Shown one piece after another: positions 12,974 to 26,656 of a DNA stretch of 64,000 bases (positions are counted from its first letter, which is position 1; every line of letters begins with the position of its first letter). The stretch comes from Tubulanus polymorphus (taxonomy: Eukaryota > Animalia > Nemertea). The translations under genes were made by a program, and so were the position numbers. The notes beneath the pieces were generated by a model. It worked only from the letters and a program-made list of their open reading frames with translations. It ran no database searches and was not told the DNA's origin. The DNA lies in contig NC_134030.1 in assembly GCF_964204645.1 (NCBI RefSeq), positions 2,770,778 through 2,834,777 of the forward strand, in the 5' to 3' direction.

Positions 12974-13522
12974 TAATGTCGATTTATTAATGGATGAGAC
13001 CTGTTTTTTTTCTTGGATATTTTGCTTACTTTTTGGGATACATACCTCATTTATGTCTTAACAGAATGCCAAAAATCGCGGACATCAACTGAATATCCGA
13101 TATATTTCCAGTTCTGTACCAATTAGATGGATTGGCAAAAAGACTCCTTAAGTCCAGTTGAATGAGAGAGAAAATCCTCCATTTTGTGAAATTTCTTGAA
13201 TTTTTACATTGTCACCATGCCTACGAAATGAAGTTATTTTTCTTGTGGGGTCTCAACAACTAAATCAGGGTGGCGTAGGCATGGTAACAATGTTCAAATC
13301 CAACAAATTTGGCAAAATGGAGGATTTTCTCTCTCATTCAACTGGACTTAAGGAGTCTTTTTGCCAATCCATCTAATTGGTACAGAACTGGAAATATATC
13401 GGATATTCAGTTGTTGTCCGCGATTTTTGGCATTCTGTTAAGACATAAATGAGGTATGTACCCCAAAAAGTAAGCAAAATATCCCAGAAAAACAGGTCTC
13501 ATCAATTAATAAATAGACATTA
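12974..13522. mobile_element. Foldback/MITE with ~250 bp terminal inverted repeats and ~48 bp spacer
   Basis: taatgtcgatttattaatggatgagacctg...ccatgcctacg [spacer] cgtaggcatgg...caggtctcatcaattaataaatagacatta; TA at both ends. Confidence 0.88.
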
Positions 13523-16442
13523 GTCACCGTGACTGTGTACTTTCTCTTTTATATTTCTGCACACACATTCACTATGTATAAAATGATGATTCCATGTCTT
13601 GTTCTTATGAAATAAACCTGTACAATATTCTAGACATTTGGTAAATGCGAAATATCAGCTAAACGGAAACAATTCAACTTGTCGACGATAGTTTCATTTT
13701 GAAACCACCCATCTCTAAATGCGTTACATGAAATATTTCGCTTTTAAACCGTTGAGAGAAATGCGTAAACAAATTCTAAATACGATCTTTGAATCAAGAA
13801 TTCCCCGAAGAGTCTAAAGTATAATTGCAGTTTTTACAGCCATTTGAGAATATTGCGCGCTAATAATAATAATCGTTACATTTTGATATTAGAGAAATAT
13901 GATCCATATATCTTTCACATTAGATCTTTTATATACATATGATTCGCTATGAAGAGGTAAAAAAAAATAGCCTAGAAACTCCCAGTTACCAGTCAATTAC
14001 ACTAATTGGGACCCTCAGGGGCAGTGACTGTGTACACAGTAATAAGAAAAGAGTCTGGAGTCTGGTTTATTTCTTGTATCCAACACAACGCACATTTCTA
14101 GTTGAGCTTTGAAATGTCATTATTGATATTCAACTATAAACGTCAACCTGTAAAACTTATATTCGTGTAGATTGGATTTACTTAAAGGTCCTCGGGGTAA
14201 TACCGATATCAGGTGCCAGTTCCGTGTTTGTAGTTGCTGTTTAACGTTGAACAATATTTCAAAGATGAAAGTGGCAAATACGTAACTCGAAAGACTGAAA
14301 TTATCAAAATATGTCTTGTTGAAGGCGAATTTCAACGTTTTTGAGTCACTTGGGTTGGTGCAATATCTGGGCGCTTCAGGTACCATTTTCAGAAACTAAA
14401 ATATTATTTTCCTTCCTAACAAAAAAGATGCTCTACACGATGCCACTGCTAAAACTGAATACTGACAGGAAAAATCGGATTTCTGTGAAAAAAGAACTAA
14501 AAAACATGCTTTTGGACGGACGGCTCCAAATCGACAGACCTCTCTTTAACCAAGCTGTCCAAAACATTGATAACTGGTAGTTCATAATCAACGTTTAACT
14601 GGAGGTGTTTAAAATGGATTTTGCTGACATATTTATTTCCGAGGAGAGTTGGTTGGATTTGAATTTGAATACGGATGAAACTGCATCGTTGAATGCCACG
14701 GACTTTACTAACTTTGATTTAACAACTGTGTATCGTTAAACAGTGTTATGAACGACAGAGCTGTCCATCACTCACTATTAGTGCAGCGACCCTGGCGGAT
14801 CTTCAGCTGCCACAGTAGCGCTCGTCCGGGGAAACCCGTTCCATCTCGCGGTAGTATGAGACGCGTAGTACGCAACGCCAGTCAGTCATCCAGGGGAAGT
14901 GATAGCGATAATCGAAAATATGTTTCCTGGTGAATACAAGCGGAAGGTTTTACATCATTCTGCATCCCTTTCCTCATATGAGCCTCCTATATATGTACCT
15001 TTAAACACATTATATTTCAGCGCCGAGGCGCGGCTTTCATGAAAGAGTCGAAGATGAGTAACTGGTAATCAGTAGCGAGTAATTTCTCTCCGGGGATATA
15101 TTCAACACAAAAGAATATCTAAATTGGCTCATATGCCCGTATGAAAGAGTCGCTTTATGCACCAGCTAATCGAATAACACACAAACCAATTACATGCCCT
15201 AGTATATAGGAAGGTTGGATGCGCGGCGGTGGTGCTAGTCATCGAGAGGGCCACTATAAAACATGGATATTAATCGTAGCCGTACTTTTTGCGTATATTT
15301 TATTCCTCCGGATAATATTCACCCAGTCCTGGCAGTGGTTGTTTCCACAGTGATCTCTGTCGTTCTACGATCCTAGTGTAGGCCTACCCAGCAGACACTA
15401 AGGGTTCATGGTGAACCCGGACAGTGAATACAGTCGATTCAATTAAGTCTCATTATTGAAGTTGTCTTTATATATTTTTGGGTCCCGATTCGTATTTTTG
15501 TTCCAGTTCTATTTTTGCCAATTTATGTCCCACATTCAATTTACTCAGTGTAATCACGATGTTAAAGTCGATGGCCTAGGTCATCGTTTGGTTAAGTTTT
15601 ATCAACATAATGCTCGTTTCAACTAACGGACGACTGATGCTGTTTTGCGCGGATCTCGTATTCCTTTTTCATTTATGTTTTTAGCCTTTTAGTGAATCGC
15701 GGATTCCATACTGACGACTGATGTTACGACGATCCGATTAGTTTCCCATTTTTTTTTGTTGTTATCAACGAGAATGTCGACACGCGACTGAAACGTTAGA
15801 TCAGTTTCATCCGGCGACGTTCTGGCATTTTCTCCTCGGAGCCTCTTTATTTTTTGGTGGAACGCGTTCTTTCGACGCGTTCCAAAAAGGTCTCTCTCGA
15901 TGGCGCAACTCGATCGCGATCGATCACGAAAAAAGTTCGTCGTCTACACATAAACAGAATGCAGCTGTATTTTCGTTAGGATTCAGAACCCAGACAGGAA
16001 TTCGCATTCAGATTTAATCTAGATTTATTGATCTGTAAAGATATTAACTTTGCTTTCAGTAACCCAAATTGTCAGTATCTACGTATATCATTAATAATGG
16101 TGACAAGACAATAATTTAACTCAGTGGTCGCTGTAGGATATCTTTATAGGTATCTGCGTGAACTGGTGCATCGGCGTCAGTTGAACAAAAAAAAAAACGT
16201 AGCCTTCAATAAATCCCGAAAACATTCATCAGTAGATACGTAACGCCGCAATATAGTGCTTTATACATTTACAGAAAATTGCGTGCAGTCGCTGTGTCTC
16301 AGGTGGTGGAGTATTCGATTGACAGTCAGATAGACGACAACAACTTCTACTGCTCTTAGCGTTCTTTACTAAAAAAAAATTCATTTTCTTTTTACTTCTT
16401 ACAGCGTTAACAACCAGACCCGAGTTCCCCCAGGTTGGAGAC

Positions 16443-16670
16443 CACGTGTAGTATGAGGAGAGAATCCCACAATGATAATAAAAAGTCCGAAAATGAAACT
16501 TCGAGATAGTAGTTTATTTCAACGTTTCGACTATATCCTAATAGTCATCTTCAGGAATAATGATTATTCGAAGTTTCATTTTCGGACTTTTTATTATCAT
16601 TGTGGGATTCTCTCCTCATCGCGTCAACACAGATATAGTGTTCTACCAATCGTGATCACGTGTAGTATGA
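16443..16670 (-). mobile_element. Palindromic Penelope-like pLTR mini-element with hammerhead ribozyme core
   Basis: 14-bp direct repeat cacgtgtagtatga (16443-56, 16657-70). Inverted arms end in ttgtgggattctctcctc. Minus strand reads CUGAAGA-U-GACUAU/AUAGUC-GAAAC-GUU (16521-16554). ~37 nt one-sided tail. Confidence 0.75.
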
Positions 16671-18495
16671 TCCAGATTTTGCGGTAGGACCCGCGCGTTA
16701 TCCATACGGGCACAGATAAAATAACAATCTATTTCGTTCACTGCTAAATGGGATTTTCTTCCTAGTTGGTACTATAAATGAAAAAAAAAAAACGTTTGGG
16801 TATAAGGTGGCGTCTAGCGGCCGTTTAGATAGTACACGATGTTCATCGACTAAAATATAGAAGCGTTTATAGAAGATTCTAGGTGATAAATAACGCAGAC
16901 AAGAGCACCACGACCTGTCACATACACTCATCACTGGATCAATTATAATTGACTTTAAATACCTGCTACGGTCTCGGTAGTAATCACTGAACGATTGCGT
17001 CGAGTTTCGTTAACTCCGTAGGGTTCGCTACCGGTGCTGATTACTCTCACCCCGCACAGCTGCTCTAAGTACTAATTACTAACTAATCACATTTCGTCGC
17101 AATATTTTTGTTCCTCACTAATTAGTCCGGGTTTCTTTCCTCATTTCTTAACTTTCGAACATTTTCTGATATATCGGTTTTTGAAAGCATTCTTGACATA
17201 TACATTTCAGTATAGAATATCGTTCACTCAGACTTGGGAAATAGAAAAAACCCACAATATACAAATTCATGAAAGTCTATGAATATATTACCAGGCGATG
17301 GTCCAAAGAGAAGCCGAAATATCGCGTCTTTTTGATGCTTAACAAATACATTCTGTTCTTTATGTTTTAGATTCGCATCCAGTAGTTTTAAATGTTATTA
17401 TCTAAATTGTCCACGTCTAAGAGTTTGGGCTTATCTGCAATATTCCTTAAGAAGATGACTACTAGGATAAACTCGAAAAGTCGACTAAAGGAAATTTCTT
17501 CGGGTGATGATTTTCTATATTGCGACAGCTGTGTCTGGAATGAACTTATATATATATAGAATTGTCTCGTTGTCGTCCATAAAGCCGTCTATATACATCT
17601 GTTCATAGCGACGACATCTTGGGAAAAAAAACGGTATAACTGAAACAGTAGAACATATAGATACATCAACAAGAACCTTCGTGTCGGATGTCACCGGCAA
17701 TAGTCACGCACATTCGAATGAAGTGTCTGGTTGTTGGTCGGGTAGACTAGGATCGTAGAGCGACGTATATAGAGCCACTTCAAGGACTGGATGAAGTAAA
17801 GACTATTTTATCATTCACAGTAACTGTGATAAACGGGTGTCTTTGAATGAAATGGCGGGTATCGCCATGGAATCAGTTGTTAGGAAAATTACGAAGAAAG
17901 CATAATTCGTAAAAGATGAGAAATTGGAAACGGTTGGACTCACATTTTACCGCGAACTTTTCTTCAATGCCGAACAACTATTGACTTTATGTTTGCTGAA
18001 GTAAGTGAAGGTAAACATGGACATTTTTTCGTAGCTTAGAAACAAAGAAATTCGACAACGAAGGATGAACTATTCAGCGAGTGGCGCGCGTGTAGGGATT
18101 GGACGCGTTGGGTATATCGAGTTTTATTTGTCTAATAACGATGGCATTTCAACTAGGAATTCGTTTTGTCGAGAAAAGATTAATTACTGAGTCATCGATT
18201 ATTACGACGAAATACGGAAATTCCATAACACGCCAAATAAAAAGTCACGCATGAAGCGAGCGGTGTTTCAGGATGGGACTGAATAACACAACCGAGTACT
18301 TAATGAAGAACGTACTGACTGTGACAGTGCAGATCGGTCTCAATCCCGTCAACAGGGAACCTCTATGTACCCTTAAAGAGATAGGGGTGCTGGAGACCTG
18401 GCGTGGTATATATTAACCTTTTCACTTCGACAACACTAAATACGAGCGTTTCAAATAGTTTTCAAATTATTTTCCTAATGTTTCGACTTCGAGGT

Positions 18496-19515
18496 ATGAA
18501 ACTCGTCAGGTTTCTCATAGTTTTAAACGTTTTAGTTTTCATCGCTATTTCGATCATTTCGTGGAGGTTCGACTTTTTACTGAACGCCCGATCACCTGCA
18601 GGTCCAGCGGTCGATAGACGGGTATTATACCGCCGACTGAACGACCAGTTCGCGGCCGTACGAGAACCGTCATCTTTAACTTACAATTATTTCGCACAGC
18701 GGTACGATAAACCCGAGTCGTTCAAACCCCAATTTCGTCCGGAATTAGGACCAGAACCTTCCGAAGATTTCGTAGTGCCCAACGTGATGCACTACGCGTG
18801 GTTTCACCCGACTAAATTATACTTCAGATTTCATCATTACATGAGCGTGTTGAGCGCTTACAGAATCAATAAACCGGACACGATTTATTTCTGGTATCAT
18901 AAACTACCGGAAGGTTTGTGGTGGAAACGCACGATCAAGGATATTCCCGTAATCAAAACGATGTACCGCGACGCGCCATCGCAGATATTCGGACGAGAAA
19001 TTACGGCACCGGAACACGGCTCGGACGTCGTACGCCTAGAAGCCGTTCTAGAATACGGCGGCATTTACACGGATTTGGACGTGATCGTTTTAAAATCGTT
19101 CGATCCGTTAAGACGTTACGACACCAGTATGGGAATGGAATACGAAGACGGACTCGGTAACGGAGTGATCGTCGCTAAACCGAACGCGACGTTCGTGAGA
19201 ATCATGTACGAGTCGTACAGAGATTTTAACGGTAGCGATTGGTCGTGGCATTCCGTACGACTACCGTACCGCCTAGCGACATTCTACCCGGAACTCGTGC
19301 ACGTCGAACCGACCTCGATCAACCAGCCGAACTGCTGGTCGACCGGACTGATTTACGATATCGGTTCGCGATTCGACTGGAGTCGAAATTATTGTCTACA
19401 TCTGTGGTATCGATTCTACGACAAAGACCACACCCCGGAGACTGTTCAGACCCTAGACAGCACACTCGGACAAGTGTTCAGATATATTTATTATGGAAAT
19501 AAATCGTTTATATGA
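18496..19515 (+). CDS. GT32-family alpha-1,4-glycosyltransferase-like (A4GNT/A4GALT-like), type II membrane protein, intronless CDS
   Basis: N-terminal TM anchor MKLVRFLIVLNVLVFIAISIISW; VPNVMHYAW; SDVVRLEAVLEYGGIYTDLDV (DxD); NGVI motif; AATAAA at about 19523. The start could alternatively be ATG 18478. Confidence 0.88.
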   Translation: MKLVRFLIVLNVLVFIAISIISWRFDFLLNARSPAGPAVDRRVLYRRLNDQFAAVREPSSLTYNYFAQRYDKPESFKPQFRPELGPEPSEDFVVPNVMHYAWFHPTKLYFRFHHYMSVLSAYRINKPDTIYFWYHKLPEGLWWKRTIKDIPVIKTMYRDAPSQIFGREITAPEHGSDVVRLEAVLEYGGIYTDLDVIVLKSFDPLRRYDTSMGMEYEDGLGNGVIVAKPNATFVRIMYESYRDFNGSDWSWHSVRLPYRLATFYPELVHVEPTSINQPNCWSTGLIYDIGSRFDWSRNYCLHLWYRFYDKDHTPETVQTLDSTLGQVFRYIYYGNKSFI

Positions 19516-20617
19516 AAACTTCAATAAACGAAACACCAAGCAAATTAATCGTCAATATCTGTACGTAAAATAATATCGGCAATCCAATATCGCGCCAGCG
19601 GTTTTCATCTCCCTTTTTTTCTTTCGCATACGCACAGCAGCATCTTGAAAGTGAAATACATGTAATCAATTTCACATCAAGCGAACATAGTTCGAAATGA
19701 TCTATATTTTCTGCCCTTTCGAAGAAACAAAAAACTTTTCATTTTCATATTACATGTTGTAATAATATGTTCTTGTATTACTGTATTGCGACAGTTGCGA
19801 TTCGGATATAAATAAAAGTCGCACTATTTTCTTGTATCTCCGGATCGTTTAGATTGAAATACGACAATTTTCCGTTTTGTCTCGCATTAAAGAAAAAGAC
19901 AATAATGAACAGGAGTAAAATAGCCCGATTCGTCGATACACGCGACGTGTAGCAGTAAGCGATTTGCCCGAAAAGCCGTATGTTTTTCGTTCGGAATGCT
20001 GATTAAAGCTTTTAGAGGAAGGGAATTTCATTCCCGTGGAATCTTTTCCGACGGCGCGCTGCGAATTCAACAAAGCTTAAAGCAACTAAGAGGAAACAAA
20101 TCCCCGCAATTGAATTCCTGGTAAACGGCGAACGAAAATGGAGAAAATGTTCTGTTTATTATGGTGGCATTAAGAGGAATTCTGCGCGCATTGTTGACGA
20201 GTTCAATGGAATTCGGTTGAATCCTTTACGACAGAAATATCGAATTTAATATCGGAAATTGAGTCGAAAAGTGATTTGTGAATTTATCACGAAATCCGCG
20301 GGCGCCGGATTCGATTTCATTTCGCGTAAGGAGTTTCGGGGATAGTTTGCGATATACTACGCGACGACGGCGAATGAAAACAATTAGCAAAGAGACGGGG
20401 TAAATTCTACTGCTGTTAACCCCCCCCCCCATCCCCAGCAGTACCGGATACAAGGTACGGAACAGCTTACCGCACACACCATGCGCACGATCGAAGAATG
20501 CGCCGAGAATCAAGATTACAAATAAATATTGCATCCGAATGTGACATGAAAAGTGATGGATTGCGGGTAAAAAAAACTCGAGTAACTAAATAAATATTCA
20601 CTGATCTTAGAAATCAG

Positions 20618-21280
20618 AAGGGGAGGTAGAGAGAGAGGGGAGGGAGTTGGGGAGAGGGGAGGGAGTTGGAGAGAGGGGAGGGAGTTGGGGAGAGGGGAGG
20701 GAGTTGGGGAGAGAGGGGAGAGGTAGAGAGAGAGGGGAGGGAGTTGGGGAGAGGTAGTCGGGGAGACGTAGAGAGAGAGGGAGCGGGAGTTGGGAGAGGA
20801 GAGGAAGTTGGGGAGAGGGGAGGGAGTTGGGGAGATGGAGTCGGGGAGACGTAGAGAGAGAGGGGAGGGAGTTGGGGAGAGGGGAGGGAGTTGGGGAGAC
20901 GTAGAGAGAGAGGGGAGGGAGTTGGGGAGAGGGGAGGGAGTTGGGGAGAGAGAGTCGGGGAGACGTAGAGAGAGAGGGGAGGGAGTTGGGGAGAGGGAGT
21001 CGGGGAGACGTAGAGAGAGAGGGGAGGGAGTTGGGGAGAGGGGAGGGAGTTGGGGAGAGGAAGTTGGGGAAAGGAAGAGGGCGCGGGAGTTGGGGAGAGG
21101 GGAGGGAGTTGGGGAGAGGAAGTTGGGGAAAGGAAGAGGGAGCGGGAGTTGGGGAGAGGGGAGGGAGTTGAGGAGAGGGGAGGGAGTTGGGGAGAGGGGA
21201 GGGAGTTGGGGAGAGGGAGTCGGGAAAGGAAGAGGGAGCGGGAGTTGGGGAGAGGGGAGGGAGTTGGGGAGAGGGAGAGA
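20618..21280. repeat. Purine-rich minisatellite (GGGGAGAGGGGAGGGAGTT unit variants), G4/H-DNA prone
   Basis: ~19-bp unit array with gtagagagag inserts. Explains the spurious ORFs at 20607-21323. Confidence 0.95.
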
Positions 21281-21711
21281 AATAAGATCTAATTAAGTGG
21301 TGGGCGAGGCACGTCTTGTTCACTTCCTCAATCCCAACGAAAATAACAGTTATTTCCGCTGTACAGTTTCGAGTTTTTGTAAGTCGAGACCGAACAAAAA
21401 AAATCCATTTGCAAAATACAATAATTCTGATAGAAATAAACTTAAATAAAGCTCGTATTCATCGGGAAATTTCATTAGAATAACGACCCGACAAAGTACC
21501 GCGTGTCTTTTATATATCGAACGCGATTAATTAAGATAATCACGAAATTTGATCTCTCGTCAACTACAAAATTTGCGCAATGCAATAGTAGTTAATCAGA
21601 ACCCGAAGCATTTATCACAGCGGATCAAAATTAATCCGTTAAGTAATTGAGAAAATTGCGAAAAGGATTTCAACAGAGATGATGAGACCGGCCGAGATGT
21701 GGCAGGCCGGC

Positions 21712-22102
21712 GGCTGATGAGAGCCGTGGTGCAGCCCGCCGATAAGATGGCAGAGAGCCATGAAGCAGTTCGCCGATAAGATGAGTGACCAAGAGCCATG
21801 GAGCAGCCCACCGATAAGATGAGCGACCAAGAGCTGTGGAGCAGCCCGCTGATGAGTGACCAAGAGCTATGGAGCAGCCCACCGATAAGATGAGCGACCA
21901 AGAGCTATGGAGCAGCCCGCTGATGAGTGACCAAGAGCCATGGAGCAGCCCACCGATAAGATGAGCGACCAAGAGCTATGGAGCAGCCCACTGATGAGTG
22001 ACCAAGAGCTATGGAGCAGCCCACCGATAAGACGAGCGACCAAGAGCTATGGAGCAGCCCGCTGATGAGTGACCAAGAGCTATGGAGCAGCCCGCTGATA
22101 AG
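21712..22102. repeat. Tandem repeat with 71-bp higher-order unit (33+38 bp subunits)
   Basis: (g/a)ctgatgagtgacc recurs at 21848, 21919, 21990 and 22061. Confidence 0.92.
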
Positions 22103-22976
22103 AGTCATATTGAGCAGGCAGTCGATGACGACATATGGAACTGATTCTGGTCAGGTATATCGGGATCGAATTCATCAATGTTTAATAAATTTGACCAATC
22201 ATTTCGTTCAATCAGTGTCGATTGAGAGAGAGAGACCCAGAGTAATCGACCGATAGAGAGAGAGACTAGTATATAGTACTAGTCATCAATCAGTCATTAA
22301 ACAGTCAGACTCGATTCGATTTTCTCATGCAATCACGTACCATATCGTAAATCTTTCTCCTCGCTCGCTCTCTCTTTCCCCATTCGTAAATAAAAAAATA
22401 TTCCGGTAATGATTGGCGTTTTAAAAATGTACGCGCAGTCGTCGAATAAACAATATCGTAATAAGGTAATATCGATTACCGACACACGTGGAATTCCCTT
22501 CATAATGATTGATAATTAATATATAGGGTGAAGATTGGTAATTAAGATATTATTAAGTTTTGTGTCGTCGTATTAATTAGTATCTGTAGATGATAATGAA
22601 ATATGAGAATGTCAATGATATCTGATATCAACTAATAATTGATTCGAGGTTACCGGAATAACCCCGACTATTTCAATGCCTCGAACTGTATTCTGCACAG
22701 GTACAGGATGGATTTTTCATCATCAAGAAGAATTTCGCGTAATCAGTGAATGATTGGGGGTTGGGAAGATGCGACCAGTCACTAAGCTTCTTTCAAGGAC
22801 AAGTTACCTCAATGACTCGAATAAGATGATGGTTTAGTGTTAGAGTAGGCTATAATGTTGGTAACTTTTCGTCCCTGGAGATATCACCAACCCTTCAACG
22901 AGTCACGGGCAACACATCGACCACTAGTCCCGTACAATATAACGCAAATTTTCGAACATGGTAGAAGCTACAATTC

Positions 22977-23040
22977 GTTGGCGTAGTGGTTAGAGCGCTG
23001 GCTTCGACGCCAGAGGTTCCTGGATCGAGTCTCGAATCTC
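22977..23040 (+). repeat. tRNA-derived pseudogene/SINE head (Arg-TCG-like)
   Basis: A box tggcgtagtggtta, anticodon-like hairpin ctggc-ttcgac-gccag, degenerate B box ggatcgagtct; no acceptor stem. Confidence 0.55.
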
Positions 23041-23162
23041 GGATTCTTGCTATATTTTGTTAAAATGGAATACTAAATAAAGTGAAATAGCCTGTGAGTT
23101 TTGGAATATGTGAAATTCCAGTTTTATATCTTGATTGTAAAGCTAATTCACGAAAGCCGAGG

Positions 23163-23353
23163 CTAACAAATAAAAACCCAGAGTTAGGTCTGTAAAACAG
23201 TATAGTTTCTTGACAGATTCGAAGCTTTAACTAAGCCCAACAAAAACACAATAATGAATTCTGATGACGATGGGCTGGGGCTTAGTTAAAACTTCGAAAC
23301 TATGAAGAAAATATACTGTTTTACAAACCTAACTGTGGATTTTTATTTGTTAA
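23163..23353. mobile_element. Degenerate palindromic element of the same architecture as the hammerhead mini-elements
   Basis: Inverted arms taacaaataaaaacccagagttagg / cctaactgtggatttttatttgtta; internal ctgatga...cgaaac but poor stem II. Confidence 0.55.
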
Positions 23354-26300
23354 CTCTACACTGAGATAGATATCAGTTAATTGCAGAAAGCCCAGGCGAT
23401 GACGGGTTTTGAAATTCCAACATTAAATTTTGATGGGAAAGTTACAAAGTTCGTAAAAGCCGAGACGTTGACAGGTGACTGAATCATCACACATAAGCGC
23501 GATACATAGCGGTTAATTATCAAACGAGACAGAGCCAGAGGGGAATAGATAGAGAGAGAGTGAGAGGGGGACAAACACAACTCTCACCGGCAATCAATTT
23601 ACCAGACGACACCAGTCAAAACTAATCTCGGGTACGATAGAACCAGATACTCCGGAAATTATCAGTAGCTAAATGTAGAGATGTAAACCTATCTATTTCA
23701 TCACCAAATCATCGGATGGTGCGCAATAAAAAATCACCATCATCAATATATGTATTACGTAGCATATATAAAAATATATATAAAAAAGCCACAAGCTTTC
23801 GCTTCTAGTGCAGTGAGCTTCATCAGGAGAGTTGTGTTGGAGTCGTGTTAGTTATAATCATAATGGTCAGGTAAATTATAAACATTATCATTATTATCAT
23901 GTTCACCTGGTTTTGAATCAGCACACGTGAAGATGGGTAGTTTAACTTGATTTCATTAGAAAAAAGTACGAGCTTTTGACTTGTACATTCATTCCGGGAA
24001 AATGCAAAGTTCAATTTGAAACAACTTTAACTATTATCATTCACGCATCAGCATTGATTACATCGATGTCTTTTTACATATAAACTATTCCTGAATAGTA
24101 AAGAATTGATTATTATATATAAGAACGATCGATGTCTATAGATTCGACTATATACGGTAAACTGTATATTGACAAACGGCTTAATAATCCATCGCATTTC
24201 AGATGTGACCAAAACTGTATCCTCTTATCACCTTCTTACCATGATTAGAACGAACAGCGTAAGAATGTGTTACCGTACAGTCGTTTAATCCGCTTGTCGT
24301 GACCATTCCTCTCTCCGGGGATAGACTACGGTGTACGTGAGAATCTACAGGGGATTTCAAACTGACCACAGTACCAGTCAAACAGAGATAACCAAAGCAC
24401 ACCAGACTGTCCGGTAACTCTTTAATTCTAGTAGTTTACGCATGAAATGAGAGTTATTTTACATTAAAAATAGTATATACCGATATAGTTTGGTGAACGA
24501 GAAATTATTCTGATTTAGAAAAACATTTTAGATCTTTAAAATGTAGTAAAATATAAATCGATATAGTCGTAGTCGTGGTCGTATAGTGAGGTTTGATGCG
24601 TGGGCACGCTCGAAAGTGTTTGAGATAGAGACTTGCACCCTCTGAGAGAGATGAAGCCCGATTGACATCGCGACAAACAGCAAGATTGGCCACAGAGAAT
24701 AAGAACGAACTAGGAGAATATTCATTGGACCTTGTCGAACCCGATGTCATCGGGATTTCCTCGAGTGAAGCGAGAAAACCGATTGCATCCGGACCGCATC
24801 CGGACCCCGCGCGAATCGGAAAGGATTGACTACGGTTGGAAGCCTGATGGCCATCGCGACCAACAGAGAAATTCACCAGTGATGGGAGGGATTCGAACAA
24901 CCTGATGACATCGAAACATTTACCGAGTGTCAGTGTTATACCGCACCGCAAACCAGCCACTTCCAGGACTGGACGAATTTCAAGCATCAGAATCAAGTAC
25001 GAGGTGCACCAAAACATTCATACAGCAGCCTAGCATTTGAATTCTTTTTCTTCAGGAAATAAACTGTTTCTACAAATCTACTATGGGTTTTTATTCGTCG
25101 AGGGCAGTTTTATTGGATCTAACAATAATTCACAAAAAGGGCATTTTTTTAAAACTTCCGTGGGGGGGGGGGTCACTAGTTATATACGACCCTACAGTCT
25201 TCATTTATAGATATATCAGTAGGAATACGTGCAGTATAGGCAAGCTGTACTTTAATACTAGTGTTTTTATCTGCGGTGGAAAAAAAACCCGAATCTCAAT
25301 GATTTCCGTATTTTAACTAACTACGATACACGCGCAGTATCCATCACACCGGAAACTCCACTCTCTTTACTTCAACATCCATTATTTAAATCAGTCAGTT
25401 ACACTGTGACATCGTTACAATTTCCGGCGGCAGTTCTGTTTTACGCAGAAACATGCGAATAGAACATGTATAGGTCGGAAAAAAACTCTCGAGTCGGGGA
25501 AAATGTTCACCCAAGACTACGTCCCTCTACGATCCGGTGTACATCAATGATCTGAGGTACGTCAGACACTATAGAACTAAACTCTCGAATTCCTTATTTT
25601 TACTATATTATAGGATATAGAAGATTTTGGAATAGCGATCTGAGCTCAACTTTTGATCGATTGATGGAGGACCTCATTTCCTTGACAAGAGCCGGGATCT
25701 TCAGTTGAACAATAATTGTTCAGGACACACTGTATAACATGATGTTTACTATGTACCCATCTGAGGTACATCACAGACACTAAGGTTCTCGGTGAAGGAA
25801 AATGTTGGGTCCTGTTTTTCTTGCTACGAAGTCTGGTTTATAAGTCGTTAACTCGTTTGCAGGAGGCACACAATTTACACAGTTTACAATTGTTCCCAGT
25901 TTACCGCGCTATAACGCTATCTACTCCCTGAGTGAAATTGTGACGACGAGACTCGTGTTGTGTTCCGGAATTTTCCAGGATTCGCCGAAATTTGTCAAAT
26001 CCTCCGAGTTTAAGCCGATTGTCAAAGCAAATTTGCAGATGACAAGAGAAATTCCATGGTTTTGAATCTTACAATCATTTCATAATTCATGAATAACAGA
26101 CTGATGAAGTAATGGGTGGTCAACAGCGTATCTAAATTTCTCAAGTCTCCAAGTTTTTGCCAAATTCCATGACTAATTTTCTAGATTTTCTTTTTTTTTG
26201 ATTCACCGAATTTTCCAGGTCAATGTCCGAGCTGTGAAGCCGTATGGTATCTTTACGGTAGATATTTTTAGAAATGTATTAAACCTCTATAGCCGATATT

Positions 26301-26656
26301 CCACACGTACATAAAACCGATACACATTTTTTCCGCGTAAATGAGCGTTTTATAAAACCGATAAAACGCGCTAAAATTATTAAGTTTCATTGTCAATTCA
26401 TATTCGTTTATTTCAATCATGCAAAAACAAGGAAAAACATGCGAACATAAAATAACGAAGATCTATAATATAAAAGCACGAACATGCGAACAAAAATTCA
26501 ACAGCAAAAATGCACAAGGGTAAAAGAATTAAAACAATACTGTATCAAACAAACGAAATGAGAGTGAAACCTTGTCATAATAAACAGAGCAAAGTAATTT
26601 ATCAATCGAGATATAATAAACTATACCGGTTTTGATATCGGAATTTCTGATGCCCA

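Noticed and set aside
20607-21323. Pro/Ser- or Gly/Glu-rich ORFs
   Set aside because: Translations of the GA-rich minisatellite
21712-22102. Tandem hammerhead array (CTGATGAG in each unit) or CRISPR
   Set aside because: No GAAA core half or stem II, and no spacers
22977-23040. Functional tRNA gene
   Set aside because: No acceptor stem, 6-nt anticodon loop and degenerate T loop; 56313-56390 and 7466-7520 likewise lack a valid cloverleaf
24505-25017. 170-aa minus-strand ORF
   Set aside because: No recognisable motif, and it overlaps a tRNA-like repeat fragment
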